A DNA stretch of 64,000 nucleotides from NCBI GenBank assembly GCA_951406725.2, contig OX597819.1:68758001-68822000 (forward strand), written 5' to 3'. Positions 14,070 through 27,971 of this stretch are shown here, in pieces. Below the pieces are notes generated by a model. It saw only the letters and a list, made by a program, of their open reading frames with translations. It ran no database searches and was not told the DNA's origin. The translations under genes were made by a program, and so were the position numbers. How positions within the stretch are numbered: the stretch's first letter is position 1; each line of letters starts with the position of its first letter. The DNA comes from Octopus vulgaris (taxonomy: Eukaryota).

Positions 14070-15030
14070 GTTTTGGTTATTTATAGATTTATTCTGCTGC
14101 GCCGCAAAGATTTATCATTGTTTTAACGTTACTATATTAAGGAGGAGAAGCAAATATTAATTTTTATGTATTTTTACATGTTTAAAACTATATTATATGC
14201 TCTTTGCTTGTATTTTACGGCAACCATCAATTCGACATTGCTAGGCTACGTTTGCGATATCGGGGAATATCGCATAAAGGTGATAAAAAGCTTCTTCACT
14301 CCCCGGAAGGTGATGGTCGTGGTGGCAGAGGGAAAGACCAATATCTTGTCTATGGGAAATGCTTTCTCAAATCGCAGCAATATTTTAGGCATTAACCTAA
14401 ACTCTGAAAATATATCTAAAAAAGTATATTGGAAAAATATTTATGGCAATCCTCTGCAAATTGTAATAAAGATATATGTGTGATAATAACTGCAACAACA
14501 ACAGTGACAGCAGTAACATTAGGAGCCTAAGTTTATAAGGTTGCTTATGGGTGGTCGCTCAAAATAGTGTTATCTCCCTCATCATATCCACCTTCCTTAG
14601 GAATCGATGAACACATTGAACAATGTAGTTCGTGATCCATCATCGGGAAAATAAAACAAAACGTGATGGTCAATGTCGGAAGGCTTGCGAACATAGAATT
14701 GATTGATATCAGCTTAGCTGAGAGGAAGTTAACAAGAACTAGCACAACAGCACCGACGACATCATGAATATCATCAACATCATCATCCAAGTGTATAGTG
14801 AGTGAGGTGGTGGTAGTAGTGGTGGTACTAGGAAGAAGGCATTGACAATACCAGAAAAAATACGTTGCCTGCTTAAAGAAAACTCTATTTGATATTGGAA
14901 AACGCACTTAGCCTACACATGCAAGAAAAAATACTCACGAATGTAGCACAAAGAAAACAATTATTTTGTTACAGATTGAGACCTAAAGCAAAGTCATTGT
15001 ATCATCAATTAATTCTCAGTATTTTATACA

Positions 15031-15429
15031 GGCGCAGGAGTGGTTGTGTGGTAAGTAGCTTGCTTACCAGCCACATGGTCCTGGGTTCAGTCCCACTGCA
15101 TGGCATCTTGGGCATGTGCCTTCTGCTATAGCTTGAGGCAGACCAAAGCCTTGTGAGTGGACTTGGTAAACGGAAACTGGAAGAAGTCCGTCGTATATAT
15201 GTATTTATATATATGTGAGTTTTTGTGTATGTGTGTCTATGTTTTGCGCCTCCCACACACATACATCGCTTGACAACCGATGCTGGTGCATCCCCGTAAC
15301 CTAGCATTTCGGCAAAAGAGACCGATACTTGGCTTAGAAAGTATAAGCTCTGGGATTGATTTGTTCGACTACAGGCGGTACTCCAACATGGCCGCTGTCA
15401 AATGACTGAAACAAGTAAAAGAATTAAAG
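15031..15429 (+). mobile_element. SINE family A, full length (tRNA-derived head)
   Basis: ggcgcaggagtggttgtgtggtaag (A box)...gggttcagtccc (B box)...ccttgggca.gtg.cttct...body...gaaacaagtaaaagaa tail; more than 8 copies in window. Confidence 0.9.
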
Positions 15430-15477
15430 ACTGGAATACGTCTCCAAATTCTTTGCAACCATTTAGATATGCTACTT

Positions 15478-15771
15478 TCAAATTTTGGCACAATGCCAGC
15501 AATTGGCATCGGAGTAGAATAAATGGATTACACCGACCCGGTTCATAGATGCTTGTTGATATATCAACCACGAAAGGATGAAAAAGGTAAAATCAACCTC
15601 GGTTTTACAGTTCTATATTTAAGAGAGAGGGAATTATGTACATTATTTACATTATTTACATTCGACGGATATTTGTCCATCTTATTTGTTGTTAACGCAA
15701 CGTTTCGGATTTCATCAGGTGTCTTGGGGAAATTTCGAACTTGGGTTCTCTTTTCCTAAGGCATTGTTCAA

Positions 15772-15837
<66 letters not shown>

Positions 15838-16015
15838 GGCCACTGCATGGAATCTAACTCGGTATCTTGGGATCGCAGCCCACGCTCTCAACCACTACGC
15901 CATATGCCAATGGGCATAACCGCGGTGTTATTTGAACTCAGAATTTAAAGGACGGACGAAATGCCGCTAAATCTTTTTCATCCGGCGTGCTAACGATTCT
16001 GTCGGTTCGTCCGCT
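15478..16015 (-). mobile_element. SINE family B interrupted by the 15608-15917 insertion
   Basis: Left part ends ...aatcaacctcgg; right part resumes ...atttgaactcagaa...ggcgtgctaacgattctg. Confidence 0.8.
15608..15917 (-). mobile_element. tRNA-headed SINE-like element carrying (TAA)n and an HHR motif (family H3)
   Basis: Reverse strand: TGGCGTAGTGG A box, GAGTTAGATTCC B-box-like, (TAA)n, then ACAC CTGATGA AATCC GAAAC GTT GCGT (15695-15722); imperfect 13-bp TSD aacc(t/g)cggt(t/g)tta at 15595-15607/15918-15930; second copy 55048-55230. Confidence 0.75.
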
Positions 16016-16249
16016 TTATTTATTTAGATTTATTCTGTTTAATTACCCTCACATTGAAGTAAGGACGAAACTCTAATTATGGAGAAACTACTCTTTGTAA
16101 CATGGGTCTCAAAACTGGAAATTTTATAGGAGAGTATTGTAGTTCGCTTGAAGCATTGCGTATTGTTTATGATGAATAAAAGGTTTTGAATGGTACAACA
16201 ATGCACTATAATATAGACAATCGGTTATTTACATGTAATTTAATCGCCC

Positions 16250-16430
16250 ATAGTCTGATACGATATTTCGGAATGATATTCCTTCTTCAGATATTCTTAG
16301 ATGGTGTCGCTGCTATAATCGGTTTTCTAACGCCTTTCTTTTTTTTATTTTCTGGAAGAATCTCGGCAGTGGTCTCACGATAATCCTTTCGGAATTTCTC
16401 ATGAGAAGTGTCTGAGGTCCGAAAATTTGT
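16250..16430 (-). mobile_element. Tc1/mariner transposase C-terminal remnant
   Basis: Reverse strand, across frameshifts, gives PQTL...I..TTAEILPE...ALENRL..RHHL, resembling the KPxTLxEL..I..I.PE..ENxxxR...GxHL tail. Confidence 0.35.
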
Positions 16431-17375
16431 ATTTTTATATTAAATGCCCAAATATTTACATTGTATATATTTGAATGGAATTGTACTTGGGCCAATTTAA
16501 ATCTAAGAAAATGTTCCAAAAATTTCGCCACGGCTATATATCTTTGCTATTATGTTAAGCTGTCGTATGTCGAAATTTGGCCAAATGTATTTTTTTCAAT
16601 TTTTTTTTGTAATAATTGGTTCATTTTGTCAAACTATCTTATCTTCAACTCCTTCAAATACCATGATATCAAAAATTGTCAAAGTGTAGCACAACGGTTT
16701 TGCTATGGAATGATGAAACTATTTTTTCGTTTCCTGAAAAACAACATGTTTGACTTACGACAGTTTGCATGGTAGCAACGATATGTTGCCATCATGAATC
16801 AGTGGTCACTATTTCTAGCAGGGAGATCTTCTGCATAAAGGTTTTATCATTGGGCTCTATACTTTTGTAATAGTACAATACCACTGCATGCTATATTACC
16901 CTGTGGGTCGTTTGCTGACTACATAGACAAACAAAAAGATAGAAAACAGTTGTTCGTGAATGTAGGATACAAAAAAAGAAAATTATGTTTTCAAGAACGT
17001 GATAAAGTCAAGAATTTAATTAATGAAAGGCATGTAGTATATACGTGCTAAAGATCACGATTTAATTTTAAAATATATTTCTAAAATTGAATTTTGAAAC
17101 TCACACGAAAGAGAATTAACGACACAAAGCTACATAGTGACGATGTCGTTGTTGCTCATGGTTGCTATACGTTAGTGTGTGTGTGTGAGTGTGTATGTTT
17201 GTGTGTGTGTGTGTGTGTGCCTGTGTGCCTGTGTGTATGCCTGTGTGTGAGTGTGTGTGTGTGTACATACATGTGTGTATGTAAATGTATGTATGTGTGT
17301 ATCAATGTATGTATTATGTGTGTGTGTGTGTATTGAGAAATAGATCGATAGATAGACAGACAGATGGATAAAATG

Positions 17376-17420
<45 letters not shown>

Positions 17421-17699
17421 TCTGTGCGTATGTGTGTGTCTGTTTTGTTTACATGTACGCAAGACGTTAGTGATTAAATAGTAATTGAATCTGAAGAACA
17501 CCTTGCTATATATTTTCTTTTCAAAGTACGTTCGTCAAAGAAATATATATATTTGAGACGAATTATTCAAACACTGGAAAGAACCAACCAGGAACGTTCG
17601 CTAGTTAACTCTGTTTAAACACAATCTGATATTATTCGAAACAAACAATAATACCCTTTTCCTTCCATCCTGTAATTCTGAGTTTGCTCTTCGCAGTTT

Positions 17700-17937
17700 T
17701 ATCTTTTGCATTCGTATTATTCTCTGAAATGTGAACCCTTAAGGGTTCACATTGTTTTGAATTAATCATTCTTCATCTTCTAGATTCAATATTTTGACGA
17801 TGTGGTTGTTTATTTTTTAGAGTAACTTTCTGGAGGATATGTATCAGAGACGGAATCTGAACAGTTTGAACATAAATGGCACTTTGTCTGTTACAACCAC
17901 GCGTGTTCCATTTGATCCAATCAATGGGACATCCTGT
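17700..17937 (+). mobile_element. Tc1/mariner 3' remnant
   Basis: tgtatcagagacgga...cagtttgaacat (CI..G..QFEH) followed by atgggacatcctg TIR-like end. Confidence 0.35.
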
Positions 17938-19870
17938 TCGTGAAATTAACGAGCAAATAGCTGAGCACTCCATAGGAATGCGAATCCTTAACGTGCTTCT
18001 CGGAGAGATTCTGCGTGACATGGAACTTGATGAGGTAGGTCCTTTGAAATACAGGCGCTACTCAAATTTCCAGTTGATTGAAATAAAGTGTATTGTTCCA
18101 GTATACCGTGGGTCGCCAGAAATTGAACTCAGGATCCTACGACCGTGAGCCGAATATGCTACGAAGCTAAGCCGCGTGTCTTCCTTCAATCATTGTATAT
18201 CTGAACCTGATATGACCGGTTTCAAACACATCATTTTCCGTCAGCCTCGCTAATTGGTTTGTCAACTGTTTGCTAAACAGATAACACCTATATGACATAA
18301 CGAATATAATGCTACATTCATAACGAAATTACTAGATTGTTACATCTCTTTTCAATTAAGCTTTTTTTCTTTTTCTTGTGGTGGTGGGTGCAAAATAATT
18401 AGTCTAAATGATTAACGTGGAAGATGACATTGTCTCGGAAATTAGCACCTGTAAGTTTGAAGATGGACGGTTCAGAACTCTTTTAAATATGTAAATACTT
18501 TCTAATTAAATTCGTACACAATTTGTGTCCGCAGTTCATCATTACTATGGCCTTCGGTATGGAGAAAAATTATCTTTAAATTTTGAGAGAAGAAACCAGC
18601 TTTTTTGAAGGAAATCTTCAGTGATTTCTCCAACATCTGATACTAACAACAATAATTTCATGTGTGTCTCTTTTATCCGTAAGAAGCAGGTATACTATAT
18701 AATTGGGGTTTTCTCATTGTAAAATAGATTCTATTCATTTTATCCATAGTGTTAGTAAATTTAGAGTAACTAAGGTTCTCAATAAAGGAAGTTTCAATTG
18801 AGTGAAAAAGTTTTGATATTAGTTTAAGTTCCTCCCAGGTCGACTGTGCCTTTCATTCTTCCGGAGTAATTAAAATGAATACAAGTCGATTTCTGTGGTC
18901 GATGTGATTGTGTACCCTTTCCCTCAAAATAGCTGGTTTTGTGCCAAAATGTGAGACGAACATTAAAGAATAGCTATTAGTAATTATATTTATTGAGGAC
19001 TCGAATCCTATAGCACTTCACTGGGCGTGCTAACGTTTCTGCCAGCTCACCGCCTTTCTATTGTGAATGCTTGCAGTAGATTTGTATGAGGAAAATGCTG
19101 CTTGTAAATTAGGATCAACAAACACAAGTTGATATATTAGCTGTACCTAACCGGCAAATGATTAAGTAGTCCACAGTTCTCAAGAGCAACTACTTACTTT
19201 CAGAATGTAGCATAGAGTAGAAAATTATATTTCCTTTTTCTTACAACATACATACACACGCACATGCGCACGCAAGGACGCAGGCATGCACAGTGACAAA
19301 CAGACACATACACGCACACACATGCACGCAGGTATATCGTGCACGTTTTCGTATATCCAACATAAAGTATGATGCATATTCTATTGAATAATATAATCGT
19401 ACTTCAAATATATTTGTGTTTCCTTTTTGTTGCATGACAGCATTTCGTATTGCAGGTGAATCCCTAGCATGTTTTCAACATTACTGGAATCAAACACAAT
19501 GTATAACTTGCAATGAAAAGAATTCAATAAGTGTACTTGGTGGATTTCCTTGGTCTTTCATCTTCCTGTGTCACTATAGTCGTTTGGAGATACACACACA
19601 AGTATTATATCAATAACTCTTCCAATTATTTAATACTCTGATAGACAAATGTTTGAAGAAGTTTGAACGTTAACGTTTAGCTTCGACATCATAGTGATTG
19701 AGAAAACCCACAATAACTGTTTGAAAAATATTCAGGTTTGCCTAATAAAATGGATTGATATACCAATTAAGACATTTTAGAATAATAAATGGATGCTTTA
19801 AAAATATAAAGCAGGGGTCGCGAAAGTGCTCGATATCGACCCCGACTATTCAAGGAGTCGATAAGTGCAC

Positions 19871-19944
<74 letters not shown>

Positions 19945-19952
19945 CATCATCA

Positions 19953-20031
<79 letters not shown>

Positions 20032-20035
20032 CATT

Positions 20036-20070
<35 letters not shown>

Positions 20071-20085
20071 CATCATCATCATCAT
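19871..20085. repeat. (ATT)n microsatellite (target of adjacent R4/Dong copy)
   Basis: Direct reading. Confidence 0.95.
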
Positions 20086-20445
20086 TGCCTTTGCACAGCT
20101 TCTAACGCTGGAGATGTACTAAGATGTCAGCTGTTCACTACCAGTGAACAAAGGTAACATTCCATATTTTTCGAGCAACATACTGAGTATTCGAGCGGTG
20201 CCAAGCAGTGCTATTTTCTGCATGTGTTCCACCCTTATTGCAGCCCCTATTTGTTCCATGTACTTCTCGAGATTTTACTCACAGTTTCCAGGGCTTCCGA
20301 CAATTATTGGTACCAATACCACCTGTTTCATCGACCACAACTGCTTTACCTCCCAAGCTAACGCGTCGTATATATCTACTTTTCTGTCTTGCTTATCGCA
20401 TACCTTGGGCATTCTATATGCATGATCAAACATAGTTTGCTGTAA
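20086..20445 (-). pseudogene. R4/Dong-type non-LTR retrotransposon 3' end (restriction-like endonuclease C-terminus + 3' UTR), 5'-truncated
   Basis: Reverse strand: KVCDKQDRKVDIYDALAWEVKQLWSMKQVVLVPIIVGSPG / KNLEKYMEQIGAAIRVEHMQKIALLGTARIL = RLE tail (KxxKY..W...VPIVVG.LG...QK..LLGTARIL); (ATT)n on both sides. Confidence 0.85.
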
Positions 20446-20462
20446 TGTTATCATCATCATCA

Positions 20463-20527
<65 letters not shown>

Positions 20528-20570
20528 GTATTGCTATCATTATTATTATTACTATTATTATTTATTTATT
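20446..20570. repeat. (ATT)n microsatellite
   Basis: Direct reading. Confidence 0.95.
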
Positions 20571-20599
20571 TTCTTGTATATGCCTGGAGATCGATATGG

Positions 20600-21300
20600 A
20601 GTCAAATTAGATGCAGGTAGATGCAGTTGTAGATGCAGTTGTTTGGCTACAGATGGCGGATCGCCGTTATGAGCTAAGTCTTGACGAACAGCTAGGCTTT
20701 GGTAGCTTTGTGAGTTGCTTCACTGCATCTCTCGCTTATGCGTCTGCCCACATTTTGCACGTATGCAGTTTTGCCTCTGGTGGGCTGAGTTGATTCCTTG
20801 TGTACGAACGGATTCTTACTGGCGGCTTTTCTATAAAGATTTGTATTACTGGAACTCTCCTTTTTGATCTTGATTTGGAAATCCTGCAAAAAGATTGTCC
20901 CGGTTTTCTATATCAAATCTGATGTAGCTATAGACACTGTTGAAATTTTGTATGGCGATCGCTTTCTCCCGTGAGTAATTTCACTGTTGACTTCGCTGGA
21001 TCATTAATTATTTGTTGTATGGTGTCAAAATCTTCTTCGCTCCAAACTGCGACCTGGTCGCTGTATATTTGTGAAATGCAGCGAAACACCGTTGTCACTG
21101 ACACGGATACCTTGCAGTGTAGAGCGAAGAAAATTTTGATATCATATCAAAAACAATAAAGGTTTCAATGGCGTTAGCAGTGTTTGTGTTATTCTGAGTG
21201 GCTAACTTATGTTTTCAAGGCTGCTGTGGTGAAAAATAAACTATTATTCCTTTTATATCTTCAGGGAAAAGAAACACTATAATGATCCCTGTACTTGAAT
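20600..21300 (-). mobile_element. Possible decayed RTE-clade LINE 3' region
   Basis: Weak similarity of reverse-strand translation to the RTE C-terminal GExxxG..R / CxxC..CxSR motifs. Confidence 0.3.
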
Positions 21301-21696
21301 TTGTACTCCACTGTTGAGATTACTATAAGATCTTAATATGAAATAGTGTACATAAAATATTGAGATAGCAGATCGTTTCCACGGCGGGCGAAATACTTAG
21401 CGGCATGAAAGTTGACCTCGGTGGTGGTTGAATGAAAGCGTTCAAATTCCACCGAGGTCAACTTTGATTCTTACGTGCTTAATAAAATAAGTAGGAGGTG
21501 AAAACTAGGCTCGATCTAATCGATTTACCACTCATTCGAAATTGCTGGCTTGGGCCAATATTTAAGAATTAATAGGAAATAATCTATACTCCGCAGTCTT
21601 TCGTATACACTACGCATTCAGTTATAAATACGATCATAAATAATACGATCTGAAATAATCTTCGATTATCTAACTTATGTTTCTCATACCTAAATA

Positions 21697-22030
21697 GGCG
21701 CAGGAGTAGCTGTGTGGTAAGGAGCTTTCTTACCACCCACATGGTTACGGGTTCAATCCCATCCCAGAGTGTGACACCTTGGACAAGTGTCTTCTACTAT
21801 ATATATGTACACACGCACACACACATATACGTGTCTGTGTGTCTATGTTTGTCCTCCCCCGTCGTTTGACAACAGATGTTGGTGTGCTTACGTTCCAATC
21901 TCTTAATGGTTCGGCAGAAAGAGGCCGATAGAATAAGTACTGGGGCGTCAGTTTGTTAGACTAAATACGGTGCTCCAGCATGCCCGCAGTTAAATGACTG
22001 AAACAAGTAAAAGAATAAGAGAATAAAAGA
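21697..22030 (+). mobile_element. SINE family A
   Basis: ggcgcaggagtagctgtgtggtaag...gggttcaatccc...aaatgactgaaacaagtaaaagaataa. Confidence 0.88.
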
Positions 22031-22544
22031 ATTAATCGGGTGGATTTCAAAGGAGAGGGTAAATCCTGTGTAACCTCAAGCAATACTGAACAAGCACGTC
22101 TTGTGCATTTTGAACAAACGACCAATGGTTAAGAGGAAGTGAAAACCTAATAAGTTGACTGCTTTACAGCATGACTGCTCTCGTTTCTTTAAATATATTT
22201 CGTATATTATCTAGCATGTTTTATTTTCTCCATCACCTAATATGTAACAGACGAGTGACTCGTTTCAAATAGAAAATATGAAATGATTTATGTCTCGTTT
22301 AAATTAATAAACATTATTTATCACTCCAACACAATGACAGAGATTGTCCTGTTAGTGACGTCGGTGAAGCCGGCGCACACTTCTTGGTGTGAACGCTTTG
22401 CTTGTCATGGCGGCAGCGGAGTGATTTTGGTAACACTTGCGCTGGTGACTGTGTGTGTGTGCGGGCGTGTGTATGAGTGCGCGCACGTGTGTGCGTGTGT
22501 TGTTTGTGTGTGAATGTGTGTGTGTTTCAGCTAATGCTGGTGGA

Positions 22545-23934
22545 GTTGGTGGCGGGGTTGGCATACGTTTGCGTTAATGCTGGTCGTGGAGCATATTTGC
22601 TATAATGTTGCTGATGTTGCTGTTGGTGTTGGTGGTTTGTGCTAGATGTAGTACTGGTGATGACGTTTGTGGTACGGCATATGTTTGAGGTAATGGTGGT
22701 AGTGGTGGTGGTATTGCTGGCGTAGATTTAAGGTATTGGTTGTGGTGGTGGTATTGGTGGTGGCTCATATTTGTGCTAACGCTGGGTATGGTGGTGTTGG
22801 CGTATATTCGCGGTAATGGTGGTTACGGTCGTGGTGGTATTCGTATTTGATATAATGGTGTTGGGGTGGTGGTGGCGGTGGTGGTGTGGTGGTTCTGGGG
22901 CGGTATGTTTGAAGTAATGGTGTCGTGGTGTGTGCTTATAAATGTAGTGGTTTGTTTAGCGTTGTTGGTTCTGAATGTTATTGGCGGGAGTGGAAAAGTA
23001 AGTAGTAGTGTCCGTCACAGATTTTTTTAATTTCTTCGGTTTTTGGAGACAATATTGTTGTTGATGATGGCGCTGGTTGCCTAAATATTAAGAGCGGTGG
23101 TGATGATGGTGGTGGTGGTTATGGATATAGTAGCGGTAGTGGTGGTTGTGGTGTTGGTGGCGGTTTTGATGGTGCTGATAGTTTTGATAGTGGTGATGGT
23201 GGCAGTGGTTGTGGTGGTAATGTTGGTGGGGGTGATAAAAGTCATGGTGGTAGTGGTTGTGGTGATGGCGACGGTGGCAGTGGTTGTGGTGCTGATGATG
23301 GCGGTGGTGATAAAAGTCGTGGTGGTGGTGGTGGTGATGGTAGCAGTGGTTGTGTTGGTGGTTGTGGTGGTGATGGTGGTGGGGTGGTGATAACGGTCGT
23401 AGTGGTGGGGGTGTTTGTGATGGTGATGAGAGTCGTGCTGTTGGTAAAGGTGTTGGTGGCGAGTGGGGGTGAATGTGGTGGTGGTGGTGACAGTGGTGTT
23501 GGTAGTCGTAGTGGTGGGTGTGATGTTGGTGGTCATGGCAGTAATGGTAGTGGTAATAGTAATGGAGATGCTGGCGGTAGTGGGGGTGGTTGTACTCTGG
23601 GTCGATGCAGTATGGTAGTTGTATTATTTGTTAGAATGCCGATGTCGACGTTAGTTTCGTTTATTTTCGTTGTGCTTGGCTTCCGTATTACAACATACTT
23701 GATCGGATTTAGAATTTATTTGTAATTGCATTCCTTTTGCATGTTGTTGTTGTTGTTGTTGATGATGATGATGATGATGATGACGATGACGACGATGACG
23801 ACGATGATGATGATTATGATGATTATGATGATTATGATGATGGCAATGACGACGATGAAGATGACTACGAGAACGACGACGACGACCACGGCGACGACCA
23901 CGATGATGATGATGACGATGATGATGATGAAGAC

Positions 23935-23974
<40 letters not shown>

Positions 23975-24100
23975 TTGACGATGATGAGAGCCATAAAGGA
24001 CGTGATGTCATTTGCTTTGAATACATTATATCATATAAACTGTGCCACTCATATTACTTTTGTTGTTCCTCTCAGATTCGTTGTTTGTGTCATTGCCGCA

Positions 24101-24131
<31 letters not shown>

Positions 24132-24480
24132 TTGGTGTTGGTGTTGATGGTAGTGACTTAGACAATACGGGTGATAATATTCATATTATCGGACCATAGT
24201 TTATTACCTTTGATAATAATGAATATAGTAAAGAAGTTCTTGCTGTTGATTATGATGATGATGATGACGATGATGATGATGATATTAGACGTACGAGTCG
24301 GTATTGCTTTATGATAGAACCATAACAAAATTGGTTGGATATGCTGCTGAGGTTAATGATGCTGTTGGTATTTAAGGACGATAATGGAGGTGGTGGTGGT
24401 CCGGATACTGGTGGAGGTGGTGGTGGTCCGGATACTGGTGGAGGTGGTGGTGTTCAAGCACTGTGTTGGTGGTGGTAGTC
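22545..24480. repeat. Long degenerate GGT/GAT/GTT trinucleotide low-complexity tract, including a 27-bp tandem repeat at 24386-24450
   Basis: Direct reading; generates poly-V/T/D/M ORFs; (tggaggtggtggtggtccggatactgg)x2+. Confidence 0.85.
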
Positions 24481-24909
24481 TTACAGAAGTTCTAGTTGTT
24501 TCTTCTGTTTTCTACGGTAATGATTATCGTGTCAACAGTTGTTGCGGAGATGTTGGCTACATTGGATACAGTTATCTTGATTGAGCTGGTGATAACAACA
24601 GTTGTATGAGACGTTGTAGCTATTGTTGTGGCGATAATGGAGGTCGGTGTCCTGATGACAATGATAATAATATGAGTAAATTATTGAAAGCAATGCATTG
24701 ACGTAGTTAGAGGTGAAAATGTTAATAGTAGTGTTGGACAGGGAATGTTTCTGATGGAAGTCAGCTATGATCTTCAGTGCTACTCATTATATTACTTCGT
24801 CGTTTGCAATAGTTTTAACAGTAAGATATAGAAGTAGAAAAATTGTGACGAGAATTGTTACTTGTAAGGAGAAACGTGTGATTATTATTCAGTTAAGACG
24901 TTATGACAG

Positions 24910-25133
24910 AGAAGGAAAGGGAAAATAAGAAAGCTTCTATCAATGCAGAAAGTTTGTTTCTTTTAAAACAAAAAAAAAAAACTTTATATTTCGGGCGCAA
25001 AGCCCATCTTCAGAAGAACGTAGACCCAGACTGTTTCCTTCAGAGGGTGATAATTTATACCTGAAATATAAAGGTTTTTGTAAAACGTTCTGCGTTGTTA
25101 GAAGACTTCTTATTTTCCTTCTTCTTTTCTTTC
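24910..25133. repeat. Diverged inverted repeat of a pLTR-like unit with divergently oriented HHRs
   Basis: gaaaataagaaagcttctatcaatgcagaa...ctttatatttc vs gaaatataaagg...ttctgcgttgttagaagacttcttattttc. Confidence 0.8.
24982..25016 (-). ncRNA. Minimal type I hammerhead ribozyme, canonical core
   Basis: CTT CTGAAGA T GGGC tttgc GCCC GAAA TATA AAG: stem I CTT/AAG, stem II GGGC/GCCC, palindromic ATAT stem III, AUA triplet. Confidence 0.8.
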
Positions 25134-25269
25134 ATCGGTACAACAATGCTTCAAGCAAACTACACCGCTTTACTATCATGATTAATGTGTACAGACTTCC
25201 GTGTAGTTAACATGTCTCTTTTATAGTTCTGATCACTAGTAAATATTTTCCGAGTCATATAAGCTTATA

Positions 25270-25470
25270 GGGTCGGTTTCCACGTTGCTCACCTAGAGAG
25301 GATTCCGGTGCGTTGCAAAAAATACTCATTTTTTGCCAAGTACGTGAACTGGAAAAACGTGAAAGGAATTGATTTGCTCAAAACACAAGGCATCACCTGT
25401 TCCAGGAATTGAAACCCCAAACTTACTATCAGGAATGCAACTTCTTAACCACTAATCCATGCACCTCCAC
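25270..25470 (-). mobile_element. SINE family C, diverged
   Basis: Similar to 29395-29572 (tcattttt.gcca...gtgaactgg...acgtgaaa...ttgctcaa...ccaggaat.gaa...taaccactaa). Confidence 0.65.
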
Positions 25471-26670
25471 TTGTGATCACTGGATTCTTACTAACATAGA
25501 AGTGTTGTAATTGTCGCCAATGTTAATTACACTCTAGGGAGCCTTGATAATGTATATCCAAGATGCTTTAATCGTGAATAAACTGTCGTTTCAAGCCATG
25601 AGCAGTCGATTCTAATTACGAAAAAATATCCGTTTCAAATATACTTGATCCTAAAACGTATTACATGATATGTCCTTTGGTTCTAAAGGGATTGAAGAGT
25701 GTATAATTTAAGATAAATGTGGAACTATTTCTAAAGACCAGTTATGATTTCGTTTTATCTCCAGGGTACCACCAACTTAAAATGATTAAGAATCTCTGCC
25801 AGAGTCCGTGCGCAATTTCAACGAGAAGAGAATAACCATCTCTCATTTGGTTCAAACTATATAACTATTCTTAACACAAAAACTTTCGACCAATTCTACT
25901 TCCGAGAAATAATGAAAGATTTATCGTTAGATTTATATAAATTATTGTGAAGGTAACATTTTTGAGTTTTCATTACTGTAGCTTGTAATTCAGTGTGTAA
26001 TAGTAATGTTAGAAGATGTCAGTGTGATAGCTGTGGTTTATATTTCTTGTAAACCTAAACACATAAATTTAGGTGTTCAGCATCACTTCAATTTCCGCAG
26101 GTTTCTTCACCAGTCACCTAATATATCCTGTAAAATATCACCGCTTTTCTATTTCTGGTCGTTGGGGAAATCAGAAATGATCTATGATTTTTGCAGACAT
26201 TCACCATTTGCAACATAAATTCTTGAGTACCATTATAGAGCTCACCAGAATTCATAGAACACCGGACGTGCTTTTACATTTTTAAGTTGAAATTCTGCCG
26301 CTGACGCCAACATCGTCATTCATCTTTTTTTTTCCGTATTTGATAAACTAAATACCAGTAAAGTAGCAGAGTTGACTAAATCGATAATACTCTGCAAAAT
26401 ATTTGTGAAATAATACGTATGTTGGAAATCAATAAAAAATATTCAGTTAATGGTACTACTGTTAATACAGTGAGTTTGAAAAAGGCGGAGAATTGCCCGA
26501 TCTGTGAGCACGCCGGACTAAATGATTAGCGGCGTGTCCTCCGGCATTATTATTGAATTCACTCTCCACCCTGAGCAGATTTCATTTAAAACAAGTAGCA
26601 GTTGATCATAAGGATTGAATAAATCGACAAGAGCTCCCTCTACATGCTTTGCGCGAATAGTGAATATATA

Positions 26671-27710
<1,040 letters not shown>

Positions 27711-27756
27711 CCGGTGTGCTAACATTTCTGCCAGTGAAATTAATTCAAAAGATGTC

Positions 27757-27971
27757 TTTCTCCACTCTAGGCAAAAGGCCTGAAAGTTATGGGAAAAGAG
27801 CCAGACGATCTGAATGCCCACCAGTACGCAACTGGTACTTAATATATTGACCCCGAAAGGATGAAATGCATAGGCCACCTCGGCGAAACTTGAACTCAGA
27901 ACGTAAAGACAGACGAAAAACCACTAAGCATTTCGCCCGGCGTGCTAACGATCCTGCCTGTCCGCTGCCTT
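27757..27971 (-). mobile_element. SINE family B, near full length
   Basis: Aligns end to end with 7907-8119. Confidence 0.88.

Noticed and set aside
15031-15105. tRNA gene candidates in SINE heads
   Set aside because: A/B boxes are present but there is no full cloverleaf, and they are continuous with the SINE body in many copies.
23081-24199. Mucin-like Thr-rich and Asp-rich ORFs
   Set aside because: Degenerate trinucleotide repeats open in several frames; no splice or codon evidence for a gene.
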